This document shows positions 37,431 through 46,853 of a stretch of 64,000 nucleotides of DNA, piece after piece. Location of the stretch: the NCBI GenBank assembly GCA_963695555.1, contig CAVOGR010000002.1, forward strand, positions 384,001 through 448,000, in the 5' to 3' direction. The translations under genes and the position numbers were made by a program. The notes under the pieces are model-generated. The model was not told the origin of the DNA and ran no database searches. It worked only from the letters and a program-made list of their open reading frames with translations. Origin of the DNA: an uncultured Gemmatimonadales bacterium. Its GTDB lineage: Bacteria > Gemmatimonadota > Gemmatimonadetes > Gemmatimonadales > GWC2-71-9. Within the stretch, counting starts at the first letter, position 1, and every line of letters starts with the position of its first letter.

Positions 37431-38573
37431 CTAGGCGTCGCCGGGCTCGAGCTGCCGCAACAATTCCTCGCCAAACACCCGCGTCTGCCATTCGCGCACG
37501 CCAGCGACTCGCTTCAGGCCTGCGATCGTCTTGGGGTTGGTCCGAGCAATGGCCTCGAGGGTCCCGTTGGGGCAAATCACCCCCGGGGGGAGCTCGATCT
37601 GCCGGGCGAGTCGGTTACGGGCGACCTTGAGGCGGTCGAGTCTCGCCTCGAGCGCCGGGTCGGGAGGGGGCCGCTCGCGCCGCTCGATTCGTGGAATGTC
37701 TTGCTCGGGTAGGGTCAGGCCCCGATCGAGCGCCTCGAGTATTTCCAAACCGTTTCGGGCCACGGTGTCGCGGCTAATGCCGCGGAATGCCGCAAGGGCC
37801 TCGAGGTCGGCCGGTGGCGCCTTGGCCAACGCCAGTAGCGGTTCGTTGTTGAGAATGCGAAATGGTGCGCGGTCCGCTTTGCGCGCGGTCCGCTCGCGCC
37901 ACCGGTAGAGCTCCCGCAACACAGCGAGCGGCCGGCCCTTGAGAGCCTTGGCGCCCTTCATCCTCAGGTATGCATCCTTGCCGTCGCCGCCCCCGCCCCC
38001 GCCCCCGCTCCAGCGGACGCGCTCGAGCAGTGCACACTCTTCCTCCACCCAATCGAGCCGCCCGAGCTCGCTGAGACGGTTTCGGAAGATGTCGCGCAGC
38101 TGGGGCAGGTACTGCGTATCCATGGACGCGTATTTGATCATTTCCTCAGACAGCGGCCGCGCCGACCAGTCCGCGCGCTGGAATTTCTTGTCGAGCTTCA
38201 CACCGGCGTACTTGGCCAGCAAGGCAGCGAGGCCAACCGAGGGCTCGTTCATGAATTGGGCCGCGATCCTCGTGTCGAAGACATGGGTAACCTGAAAGTG
38301 GAGGTCGCGGTGGAGGAGCCGCAGATCGTAGTCCGCGTCATGGAATACGATTTCGATGCCCGGGTCCTTCAGGAGGGCCTCGATGGGTGACAGGTCGCGC
38401 ACGGCCAGGGGGTCGATGACGGCAGTGAGGTCACGGCTCGAGAGCTGGAGGAGATACACTCGGTCTCGGAAGCGGTGGAAGCTCGCGGCTTCCGTGTCGA
38501 AGGCCAGCAGCGGAGTCCCACGAATCGCCTTGACCAAGCGGGCCAGGGCCTTGGTTGAGTCGATGAACTCCAC
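37431..38573 (-). CDS. rnd: Ribonuclease D with HRDC domains
   Basis: 'AFDTE', 'FHDADYD', 'FDTRIAA', 'DWSARPL', 'YASMD'; GTG start inferred. Confidence 0.88.
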   Translation of the reverse strand: MEFIDSTKALARLVKAIRGTPLLAFDTEAASFHRFRDRVYLLQLSSRDLTAVIDPLAVRDLSPIEALLKDPGIEIVFHDADYDLRLLHRDLHFQVTHVFDTRIAAQFMNEPSVGLAALLAKYAGVKLDKKFQRADWSARPLSEEMIKYASMDTQYLPQLRDIFRNRLSELGRLDWVEEECALLERVRWSGGGGGGGDGKDAYLRMKGAKALKGRPLAVLRELYRWRERTARKADRAPFRILNNEPLLALAKAPPADLEALAAFRGISRDTVARNGLEILEALDRGLTLPEQDIPRIERRERPPPDPALEARLDRLKVARNRLARQIELPPGVICPNGTLEAIARTNPKTIAGLKRVAGVREWQTRVFGEELLRQLEPGDA

Positions 38574-38774
38574 ACCTTCGGGGACCCGCCCCCTGGCGGC
38601 CGAGGAACGCGGTGAGCTTGGCACGGCCCAAAGGTGCCCGGGGACGAGGGCCAGGCGCAACCACTGCCGTCACCAACACCACACCATCATGACATAATCG
38701 TGTCAGTGCGGTCTCGTTTTGACATGCTCAATCACGTAATGCGTTGCTGGGCAATGAAATAAGGGGGCCTCCGG

Positions 38775-38945
38775 CTATTCCCGGACCGAAACCATCTCGA
38801 GTCCGGCGGCGATCTCATCCAGCGCCTTATGCAGGGTCTTGTAGAATTCTTCCCCCGGTTGGGGCGGGGTGCCCGTCGCCGCATCGAGCTGGAGCTTTCG
38901 GGCCAGCCGCGCGGCATGACGGATATAGTCGGTGCTGGGGCGCAT
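38775..38945 (-). CDS. Small hypothetical protein (56 aa, not in the ORF track)
   Basis: Hand translation MRPSTDYIRHAARLARKLQLDAATGTPPQPGEEFYKTLHKALDEIAAGLEMVSVRE; GGAG SD; fills an intergenic gap. Confidence 0.55.
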   Translation of the reverse strand: MRPSTDYIRHAARLARKLQLDAATGTPPQPGEEFYKTLHKALDEIAAGLEMVSVRE

Positions 38946-39025
38946 GTGGGACTCCAGGATTGGAGTGAGCGTGTAGCTTGGCGTCCAACAATCTTACTCA
39001 GGGTTCCAAACTCGGGAGGGGCGGC

Positions 39026-39859
39026 GTGACGGCTCATTCGCAGCGACGGGTCTACCGGCTGGTGGTCGACGGCGTCGACTTGGCCGTCGAGGAAACAGGC
39101 CGAGGTCCTCCGGTGCTCTTCATCCACGGCTTCCCGCTCGACCGCACGATCTGGCGCCACCAGCTCGATCACCTCGGCGCCTATCGGTGCATCGCCCCCG
39201 ATCTCAGAGGCATGGGTGCGTCCGGCTCGCCGGAGGAGGGGTACACCATCGCGCAATACGCTACGGACCTCGTCCGGGTACTGGACCAGCTCGGTGTGAG
39301 CCGGGCTGGGGTATGTGGGCTTTCCATGGGAGGGTACATCGCGTTGGAGTTCGCAAGTCGGTTCAGGGATCGGGTCGCCTCGATGGTGTTGATGGATACG
39401 CGCGCCGAGGCCGACAGTCCGGCCGCGGCCGAAGCACGCATCGCCATGGCCCAGCGGGCAAGGAACGAAGGTCTAGCGGCGGTGACAGAAGAAATGCTTC
39501 CGAAGCTCCTCGCCCCGGAGAGCCTGGCGCGCAACGACTTGGTGGTTGCGTCAGTACGCCAGATGATGCGCGCGACGCCCCTCGCCGGCTTTCTGGGGGC
39601 GCTCCAGGCTATGCGTTCCCGGGTCGACTACCGGGGCAGCCTCGCGGCTCTTGGGCCCACCCCAACCATGGTCGTGGTGGGAGCCCAGGACGCCATCACC
39701 CCGCCGGCTCTTGCGAGGACCCTGGCGGCCGCAATTCCGGGGGCCAAGCTGGTGGAGGTGCGCGGGGCCGGCCACCTGGTCCCAATGGAGCAACCTGAAA
39801 CAACAACCCAGTTGCTGAGGGAGTTTTGGAGGAGCGTGAAACCTAGTGAATGGGAGTAG
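39026..39859 (+). CDS. Alpha/beta hydrolase (PcaD-like)
   Basis: 'FIHGFP', 'PDLRGMG', 'GLSMGG', 'GAQD', 'AGH'. Confidence 0.88.
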   Translation: MTAHSQRRVYRLVVDGVDLAVEETGRGPPVLFIHGFPLDRTIWRHQLDHLGAYRCIAPDLRGMGASGSPEEGYTIAQYATDLVRVLDQLGVSRAGVCGLSMGGYIALEFASRFRDRVASMVLMDTRAEADSPAAAEARIAMAQRARNEGLAAVTEEMLPKLLAPESLARNDLVVASVRQMMRATPLAGFLGALQAMRSRVDYRGSLAALGPTPTMVVVGAQDAITPPALARTLAAAIPGAKLVEVRGAGHLVPMEQPETTTQLLREFWRSVKPSEWE

Positions 39860-39920
39860 CGTAGGTAGTGACGCGGGAGCGAAGTGTAGTCTGCTTCCGC
39901 TCAGTAGGATCCTCTCTTAC

Positions 39921-39962
39921 GGCCCCGGGGCCTCGGCCAAGCGTAGTAAGGCCCCGCGGGCC
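39921..39962. terminator. GC-rich hairpin between convergent genes
   Basis: GGCCCCGGGGCCT...AGGCCCCGCGGGCC followed by a pyrimidine tract. Confidence 0.4.
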
Positions 39963-40023
39963 GCCTCTCTTTCTAGCCGACGCGCGCGCTCGACCAACTG
40001 GTTGCGCCCCGCCCCAGACGCGC

Positions 40024-40299
40024 TCACCCGCCCCGTTCCGGCTGCGGTGGCCCTGGCGGATTGTCGCTCTCGAAGACCACTTTGTTCTTTTCGATGTACG
40101 ACGTCCACTCTTCGGGAACGTCCTCTTCCGGGAAGATCGCCGTCACCGGGCACTCGGGCTCGCATGCTCCACAATCGATGCATTCATCCGGGTGGATGTA
40201 CAACATGTCCTCGCCCTCGTAGATACAATCGACGGGACAGACATCCACGCATGCCCGGTCCTTCACACCGATACAGGGCTCCGCGATTACATACGTCAT
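40024..40299 (-). CDS. Ferredoxin, FdxA-type (7Fe)
   Basis: '[31 protein letters not shown]'; GAGGAG SD. Confidence 0.92.
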   Translation of the reverse strand: MTYVIAEPCIGVKDRACVDVCPVDCIYEGEDMLYIHPDECIDCGACEPECPVTAIFPEEDVPEEWTSYIEKNKVVFESDNPPGPPQPERGG

Positions 40300-40448
40300 G
40301 TGCTGCTCCTCAAAGGATGGCCGTTCTTGGCCCACCGGTTCAGATCGAGTCGAAAGGTATAAGAAGTCCTTTACACCGGCGCAAGGGGCATTATCCCGTG
40401 GGAGAACGGTGCTCAATGGTTGGTCCGTCGCCGGTTAGATTCGGATCT

Positions 40449-42512
40449 ATGCGCCGCTTCCGGTCGGTCGCGTTGGTCCTCGCATTGCTGAGCGTGGGAC
40501 AAGGGTATCGCCAGCTCGCGGCCCAAACATGCGCCACGGGTCCGGTGGCCCTGGTGCTGTCGGGCGGTGGTGCCAAGGGTCTGGCCCACATCGGTGTCAT
40601 TCGCGCGCTCGACAGCGCCGGCGTGAGGCCGGACCTGATCGTGGGAACCAGCATGGGAGCGCTGATTGGGGCGCTCTATGCCAGTGGGTACTCTCCCGCG
40701 GCCATCGACTCGCTGGCACGAAGCCTTCCCATCTCCGATTTCTTCAGCACCTACGCGCCGCACGCGCCCAGGTCGCTTGGACGGCTGCAGCCCCTCGTGG
40801 TGTGGGAGCAAGGAGAAGGAGGATTTCACATCCGGGGTGCGGCGGTTGAAGAGGCGACCGTCAACGCCCTGCTCAATGTGGCCATGCTTCGCGGCAACCT
40901 CCTCGCGAGGGGGAACTTCGATTCCCTTACTATTCCGTTTCTTGCCGTGGCCACGGACTTGAACGATCGGAGCCCGGTGGCGCTCGACTCGGGTGACTTG
41001 GCCCAGGCCGTTCGCGCGAGCCTGGCCATTCCCTTGATCTTCGAACCGGTCCGTTTGCAGGGCCGCGTCCTGGTCGACGGCGGGCTCTCCCAGAACATCC
41101 CGGTCGGCATCGCCCGCATGCGCGGCGCGACGAGGGTGATCGTGTCGAATACGACGGAAGCGCCGACCGACTCGGCTGACTTCTTCTCACCGTTTCAATT
41201 GGCCGACCACCTGCTCGGGTTCCTGTTCCAGCAACCGGAGGACTCCATGCGTCCTGGAGACATCTACATCCGGTCCGATGTCTCCGGGTTTCGCAGCTTG
41301 GATTTTTCGCCGTCCAGCGTGGCCACCTTCATCGCGCGCGGCCGCCGCGCGGCCGACTCGGTTCTTGCCGGCGCTGCCTGCCTGCCGAAACAATCCGCGA
41401 TCGTGGCGACGCGACTGCCGTCTCGATTCGGTCTGGTCTCGGTGTCCGACGCCTCTCCGTCGGAGGCGCGCGAGGTTAGACAGCTCCTCGGTCTCGTGCC
41501 GGGGGGCGCAGTCGATACCATGCTCCTGAAACGACGGTTGCGACACCTCGCCAAACTCGACACCTACAAGGCGGTCTGGCTGGGTCCATCCGGGGGCGGA
41601 GATTCGGTCGACCTCAACGTGATGGTACGAGCGGCACCGTCGCGACAGGCCGGCCTTGGCCTCGCATTCGACAACGAACTCGGAGGACGGCTGTGGGTTG
41701 GCGGTGTTCACCGTGCCCTCTTTCGAACTAGTCTGGAAGGAAGTGCTGTGGTGTTTCTCGGCCGCTATCAGCAAGAACTCGACCTCGGGCTCCGGACAGA
41801 CGTGCGAATCGGATCGATGTTCCTGACCCCCACACTCAGCGTGCGCGGGTTCGATGACGACATCAGGGCGTTCGACAGCAAGGGCGACGAACTTCCTGAG
41901 TTCGCGACCACCGGGATCGAAGGCTTTCTCGGCCTCGAGCAACTGCTTCCTCGCGGCTGGGCCCTGGCACTCGGAGTAACCGCCCGGACCTGGGATGAGC
42001 CGAGTGCGGCGAATCGATCCGCTGCCGGCGCGCACGCCCGGATCGAAAAGGTTGGCCGTGCGGCGGAGCGCTTGTTCATGGTTGCCGGGACCTGGACGGA
42101 TCGGTACCGCCAGGCGGAGGCCGAGGGCACCGTCACCCTTATGGTCGGCCGGCTGAAAATCCGCCCCCGGGCTCGGCTCGGCTGGGGCGAGGATCTCCCG
42201 TTGGATCTTCAGTTTCCTCTGGGGGGCCACCAAGGATTTCCAGGCCTCCATCTGGGCGAGCGACGCGGCTCGCGAGAGGTGCTCGCGGGCGTGACCCTCT
42301 CACATCCAATCGTGCGAATTCTCGACGGCCGGCTGGACTTCGTTGTGGGACGGTCGGCTGCCGATGGGCCGCTCTTCGCTTCAGAGGACTGGCTCCTCGG
42401 GGTTCGCCTCGGCATCGGCGCCGACACACCGATTGGCCCGGTGCGAGTGGAGTACGGCATCACCGAGCAGGAGCGCGACGCGCTCTTCATTCGAATAGGC
42501 CAGTGGTTCTAG
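40449..42512 (+). CDS. Patatin-like phospholipase with probable POTRA and beta-barrel (PlpD-like)
   Basis: Signal peptide, 'GGGAKG', 'GTSMG', 'DGG', amphipathic beta strands, C-terminal Phe ('IGQWF'). Confidence 0.85.
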   Translation: MRRFRSVALVLALLSVGQGYRQLAAQTCATGPVALVLSGGGAKGLAHIGVIRALDSAGVRPDLIVGTSMGALIGALYASGYSPAAIDSLARSLPISDFFSTYAPHAPRSLGRLQPLVVWEQGEGGFHIRGAAVEEATVNALLNVAMLRGNLLARGNFDSLTIPFLAVATDLNDRSPVALDSGDLAQAVRASLAIPLIFEPVRLQGRVLVDGGLSQNIPVGIARMRGATRVIVSNTTEAPTDSADFFSPFQLADHLLGFLFQQPEDSMRPGDIYIRSDVSGFRSLDFSPSSVATFIARGRRAADSVLAGAACLPKQSAIVATRLPSRFGLVSVSDASPSEAREVRQLLGLVPGGAVDTMLLKRRLRHLAKLDTYKAVWLGPSGGGDSVDLNVMVRAAPSRQAGLGLAFDNELGGRLWVGGVHRALFRTSLEGSAVVFLGRYQQELDLGLRTDVRIGSMFLTPTLSVRGFDDDIRAFDSKGDELPEFATTGIEGFLGLEQLLPRGWALALGVTARTWDEPSAANRSAAGAHARIEKVGRAAERLFMVAGTWTDRYRQAEAEGTVTLMVGRLKIRPRARLGWGEDLPLDLQFPLGGHQGFPGLHLGERRGSREVLAGVTLSHPIVRILDGRLDFVVGRSAADGPLFASEDWLLGVRLGIGADTPIGPVRVEYGITEQERDALFIRIGQWF

Positions 42513-42521
42513 CGGGTCGTG

Positions 42522-43274
42522 CTAGGAGGCCATCCACAGCCGGATGGCAAAGACTACTACCATGATCATGACGACACGTCGAATCCAGTCGTGACCCTTG
42601 AGGACGCTCAGATGCACGCCCACTTGGCCGCCCAGCAGATTCCCCAGGGCCAAGGCCCCCCCGCTGGCCCAATCGACCTTCCCGTGTAGGCTGAACAGCA
42701 AGAGCGCGAGCGGAGTGAAGAGAAGGGCGGTGAGGACCTTGAGAGCGTTCCCCCGAACGAAGTCGAGCCCCACCATCGTGACCACCGCCAACACCAGGAA
42801 CCCCACCCCCGCCTGGATGAACCCGCCGTAGATCCCGATGCCGAAGAAGGCGGCCATGAACCATGGTCCCAGGGGAAGCGGCCCAGGTCGAGGCGTGCGT
42901 TTCCATCGCTTGAGTGGATCCCACAGCGTCCAGGCTGCGGCCACGATGATGACTCCCGCCAGGATCCGGCGGAACGCGTCGTCGCCGATGCGGATGGCCA
43001 GCCACGCGCCAACCATCGCCCCGAGCGCCGCCGGAACCCCCGCACGCGGAACCCAGCGCCAGTCGATCACGCGATGGCGGTGGAATCCCCACACGGCGCC
43101 AACGTTTTGCACCAGAATCGCGACCCGGTTGGTGCCGTTGGCCACGGTTGGCGGAAGTCCGAGAAAGATGAGCACCGGCAGCGTGAGGAGCGACCCGCCG
43201 GCCGCGATGACATTGAGCGCGCCCGCGACCAGCCCGACGGCAACCAGGATGATATAGCCAGTCCAATGTGTCAG
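42522..43274 (-). CDS. TauE/SafE (TSUP) family transporter
   Basis: 'AGALNVIAAGGSLLTLP', 'ANGTNR', 'GIYGGFIQAGVG'; no canonical start in frame, so CTG at 43274 is proposed. Confidence 0.85.
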   Translation of the reverse strand: MTHWTGYIILVAVGLVAGALNVIAAGGSLLTLPVLIFLGLPPTVANGTNRVAILVQNVGAVWGFHRHRVIDWRWVPRAGVPAALGAMVGAWLAIRIGDDAFRRILAGVIIVAAAWTLWDPLKRWKRTPRPGPLPLGPWFMAAFFGIGIYGGFIQAGVGFLVLAVVTMVGLDFVRGNALKVLTALLFTPLALLLFSLHGKVDWASGGALALGNLLGGQVGVHLSVLKGHDWIRRVVMIMVVVFAIRLWMAS

Positions 43275-43296
43275 TGCGCTACCCTCGGTCGCTCCG

Positions 43297-46011
43297 CTAG
43301 CCCGTGTTTTGGAGACCGTCGGCGATCCCGTTGACCGATGCCAGAAGGGCCTGGAAAAGTTCCGGGTCGGTCCGTCCCGACGCGCGCCAACGAGACAAGA
43401 GGTCGACCTGGAGGAGGCTCATCGGGTCGACATACGGATTCCGCAATCGAATGGAGCGCTGCAAGACCGGATCGTCGTCCAGCAAGGCTGTGGCCCCTTT
43501 GAGTCGCAGGACCAAATCGACAGTGCGATCGAACTCCGTGCGTATCTGCGGAAAGAACGCACGGGCCCCCCTCGGGACCAAATCGGCGTAATGAGCAGCG
43601 ATCGCCATGTCTGCCTTGGCCAGCACCATCTCGGCATCGTCCAGCATGGCTCGAAAGAATGGCCAGCTTCGCGCCATCTCCTGGAGCATACTCTCCCCGT
43701 GGTGTTCCACCGCGACCTCCAAACCCCGGCCCAGCCCGTACCAGCCAGGCAGCAAATGCCGGCTTTGGGTCCAGGCGAAGACCCACGGAATCGCTCGGAG
43801 ATTCTCGATCCCCGTGTTCGAACGCCGCGTGGGCGGCCTCGAGGCGATCTGCAGCCGCTCGATAACGTCGATGGGAGTCGCCTCGCGGAAGTAGCTGATG
43901 AAGTCCGGGTTGTCGTACACGAGCGCTCGGTAGGCGTTCCGACTGGCCTGGGCGAGACGATGCACGACGACATGCCAGCTTGCCTCGCGCGGGTCGGGGG
44001 TACGTGGCTGGGCGGCGGCCACCAGCACGGCGGCGGTGACTTGCTCGAGCGAGCGCAATGCGATTGCTCCGAGCCCATACTTCGCGTTGATCACCTCTCC
44101 CTGCTCGGTGAATCGCAAACGACCCCGGATTGCGTTTCGCGGAGCGGCTTGGATCGCGCGGTCCTCCTTTCCGCCTCCCCGTCCGATCGTTCCGCCACGA
44201 CCGTGAAAGATTGTCAGCTCGATTCCTGTGCGGTCGAATGTCTCAACCATGGCAGCCTGGGATTGGTGGAGCGCCCATCGCGAGGCAACCAGCCCACCGT
44301 CCTTGTTGCTGTCGGAATACCCGACCATGACGATTTGCCGGTTGCCCCGACGCTGTAGGTGGCTGCGATACAGGGGATCGTCGAGGAGTGCCTGGAGGAT
44401 AGCCGGGGCATTCTGCAAATCGGACACGGTCTCGAACAGCGGCGCCACGTCGAGCGGGACGAAGCCCTCGCGGTCCACCAGGCCGCCCCAGCGTGCGAGC
44501 GCGAGAACCGAGAGCACGTCGTCGGCTCCTTGGGTCATGCTCGTGATGAACGGCCCGATGGCGCGCCGCCCGTATCGCGATTGACACTCGGACAATGCCC
44601 GAAAGACACCGAGCACGCCCTCAACGTCAGGGCCCGATGTGCCGGATGGAGACTCCCCACTCGCCAGCATCTCCCGGAGACGCCTGGTTCGCTCGTCGCT
44701 TGTGATCGCCTCCCAGTCCGGTTGATTCATCACACGACCGATCACCGCCCGGTGCACACGGGCATCCTGACGGATATCGAGCGTGAGCAAGTGGAACCCG
44801 AATGTGCGGACCCGGCGGAGGGCGCGCGTGACCGAGAAAAGGCCCGCGTGCTCTCCCTTGTTGCTGGCGAGACTTTGTGCCACGGCTTCGAGATCGGCCT
44901 CGAACGCCTCGACCCCGGGATACCCCACGGCCGCCTCGTCTCGGGTGGCCGCGAGTCGCGCCGCCATCAGGCGGAGGAGCACCCGATACGGCATGTCTCG
45001 ATGCCGGGGTGAGATCGACGCAAACACTTCGGGGAACTGACGAGCGTATTGTGCCCCCTTTTCAACGACGTCCTGCGCAACGGTAGCTCGGGATCGGCTT
45101 TGGCTCAGCGCACCGGCGAGACCGAGCACCTCCGAGCGGTAGCGCTCGAGTATGAGCGTGCGCTGGCGGGTGAGCGTCTTTCGGATCGTCTCAGCGGTAA
45201 CATTGGGGTTGCCATCCATATCGCCCCCGACCCAAGAGGCGCAGCGCACAAGCGGAGCGTGACGGGCGGTCCCGCTTGTCGACTGGTCGCTCACCCCGAC
45301 GGCCGCGTCGACTGCCTCATAGAACGTGGGAACGATGTGATAGATGATATGGTCGACATAGAAGAGCAGGTGGCCGAGTTCATCCATGACCGTCGGACGC
45401 ACGCGTGGGTGGGATTCCGTTTGCCAGATTGAGGTAATCTCCGCCCGGATGCGTGCCATGGCGACGCGCTCTTCGGGCACCGTACGAGCTGGGTCGAGAC
45501 GCTCGATCAGACATCGGGCAATTCGCTGCTCCTTCTCCAGAATGGTCTGGCGGGTCGACTCGCTCGGGTGGGCCGTAAAGACCGGCTCGATCGAAATAGT
45601 GTCGAGCACTTCTCGTATTTGCTTGGCACCGGCACCCGCGGCCCGGAGGCGACGAACCGCCTCTTCGAGGCCTCCCGGCTGCACCGTGCCCTGGCGGAGG
45701 TAGTCTCTTCGTCTGCGGATGCGGTGGACTTTCTCCGCGAGGTTGACGACCTGGAAATAGGCTGCAAAGGCTCGGGCCAGAGCCGCGGCATCGTGTGGAG
45801 GTAGTCCCTCGAGGGCTCTGGTCAATTCGCGTTCCGCGGTCGGGTCTGCCTCTCGACGCCGGATGGCCGTGCGCCTCGCAGCTTCTACCGTGCCGTAGAA
45901 ATCGTCGCCCCCTTGTTCCCGGAGCATCTCGCCAACGAGAGCGCCGAGCATCCGCACGTCCTCACGGAGCGGAACGTCCTTGGGCGAAAAATCAATCGTT
46001 CGCTCAGGCAT
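43297..46011 (-). CDS. ppc: Phosphoenolpyruvate carboxylase
   Basis: 'VFTAHPSE', 'WVGGDMDGNP', 'GYSDSNKDGG', 'FHGRGG', 'LRAIPW', 'LQNTG'. Confidence 0.97.
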   Translation of the reverse strand: MPERTIDFSPKDVPLREDVRMLGALVGEMLREQGGDDFYGTVEAARRTAIRRREADPTAERELTRALEGLPPHDAAALARAFAAYFQVVNLAEKVHRIRRRRDYLRQGTVQPGGLEEAVRRLRAAGAGAKQIREVLDTISIEPVFTAHPSESTRQTILEKEQRIARCLIERLDPARTVPEERVAMARIRAEITSIWQTESHPRVRPTVMDELGHLLFYVDHIIYHIVPTFYEAVDAAVGVSDQSTSGTARHAPLVRCASWVGGDMDGNPNVTAETIRKTLTRQRTLILERYRSEVLGLAGALSQSRSRATVAQDVVEKGAQYARQFPEVFASISPRHRDMPYRVLLRLMAARLAATRDEAAVGYPGVEAFEADLEAVAQSLASNKGEHAGLFSVTRALRRVRTFGFHLLTLDIRQDARVHRAVIGRVMNQPDWEAITSDERTRRLREMLASGESPSGTSGPDVEGVLGVFRALSECQSRYGRRAIGPFITSMTQGADDVLSVLALARWGGLVDREGFVPLDVAPLFETVSDLQNAPAILQALLDDPLYRSHLQRRGNRQIVMVGYSDSNKDGGLVASRWALHQSQAAMVETFDRTGIELTIFHGRGGTIGRGGGKEDRAIQAAPRNAIRGRLRFTEQGEVINAKYGLGAIALRSLEQVTAAVLVAAAQPRTPDPREASWHVVVHRLAQASRNAYRALVYDNPDFISYFREATPIDVIERLQIASRPPTRRSNTGIENLRAIPWVFAWTQSRHLLPGWYGLGRGLEVAVEHHGESMLQEMARSWPFFRAMLDDAEMVLAKADMAIAAHYADLVPRGARAFFPQIRTEFDRTVDLVLRLKGATALLDDDPVLQRSIRLRNPYVDPMSLLQVDLLSRWRASGRTDPELFQALLASVNGIADGLQNTG

Positions 46012-46097
46012 GTGGCTGGTGCTGCGAAGCGGGGATGTCGCCGGAATCGTGTGCTACGAAGGGACGGTCGTAGGCACGCGGGCGCGGGATTGCGCTA

Positions 46098-46667
46098 CTA
46101 GATGTCGGCAATCGAGGTGGAGTACGACGCAGTTCGCGGTGTGGGCTTCCCGTAGCGTCCCTTCGCCGCGTAATGACGATTCCACTCTTCCTTGAGGCAA
46201 AACGGATCGAGCCCGTACGGGCGGTCTACCGCGAGCACGCCGTCGAGGTGATCGATTTCGTGTTGCAGCAACTCGGCGCGATCGCCCTCGAGGTCGACCT
46301 CGTGCTCGGCGCCTTTGAGGTCTTGGTACTTGACCTTGATCCGATGGACCCTGGACACCCGGACCAAGAGCTGCGGGAACGAGAAACAATCGTCCCAGAC
46401 GGCGAAGTCCTCGCCGCCGATATCGATGATCTCGGGATTGATGAGCGGCCACGGCTCGTCCATTTCCACATACACGATCCGGACCGGGGCTCCGATCTGG
46501 GGTGCGGCAATCGCCCGCCCACTGCCGAAGCGGGACTGCCAATCTCGGAGGGTGTCTCTCAGGTCGTCGACGATCATCCGGACCGCGGCCGAGCGCGGCT
46601 TGGCGATGATTTCACAGTTGGTACGGAGAACCGGGTCGCCCAGGAGGCGGATGCGATGAATGGTCAT
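46098..46667 (-). CDS. def: Peptide deformylase (variant motifs)
   Basis: 'GDPVLR', 'IAAPQIG', 'INPEI', 'DDCFS', 'QHEIDHLDG'. Confidence 0.85.
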   Translation of the reverse strand: MTIHRIRLLGDPVLRTNCEIIAKPRSAAVRMIVDDLRDTLRDWQSRFGSGRAIAAPQIGAPVRIVYVEMDEPWPLINPEIIDIGGEDFAVWDDCFSFPQLLVRVSRVHRIKVKYQDLKGAEHEVDLEGDRAELLQHEIDHLDGVLAVDRPYGLDPFCLKEEWNRHYAAKGRYGKPTPRTASYSTSIADI

Positions 46668-46817
46668 GGCGTCCTGTGGCCGAAGGAGGGACTCGAGCCT
46701 AATCTCATGTCCGGCCACCTAATATTCAAGTCGCGGGGTCGCGCCACCCAGTATATCAATCGTAACCATTGTTATCACAACGAGTTACGAATTCACACTA
46801 AAAATACTATATAAAAT

Positions 46818-46847
46818 TTGACAACCGGGGCGTCGGGGCATTAAAAT
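46818..46847 (+). promoter_or_regulatory. Sigma-70 promoter of the suf operon (leaderless geometry)
   Basis: TTGACA-18 nt-TAAAAT with an AT-rich UP region; 6 nt to the ATG. Confidence 0.7.
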
Positions 46848-46853
46848 TCTTGC

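Noticed and set aside
37980..38010. C/G-run encoding poly-Gly in rnd (possible G-quadruplex or slippage tract)
   Set aside because: It is an in-frame flexible linker with the reading frame intact
39846..40448. N-terminal 200 aa of the 888-aa patatin ORF
   Set aside because: It overlaps the ferredoxin on the opposite strand; the real start is the ATG at 40449 before the signal peptide
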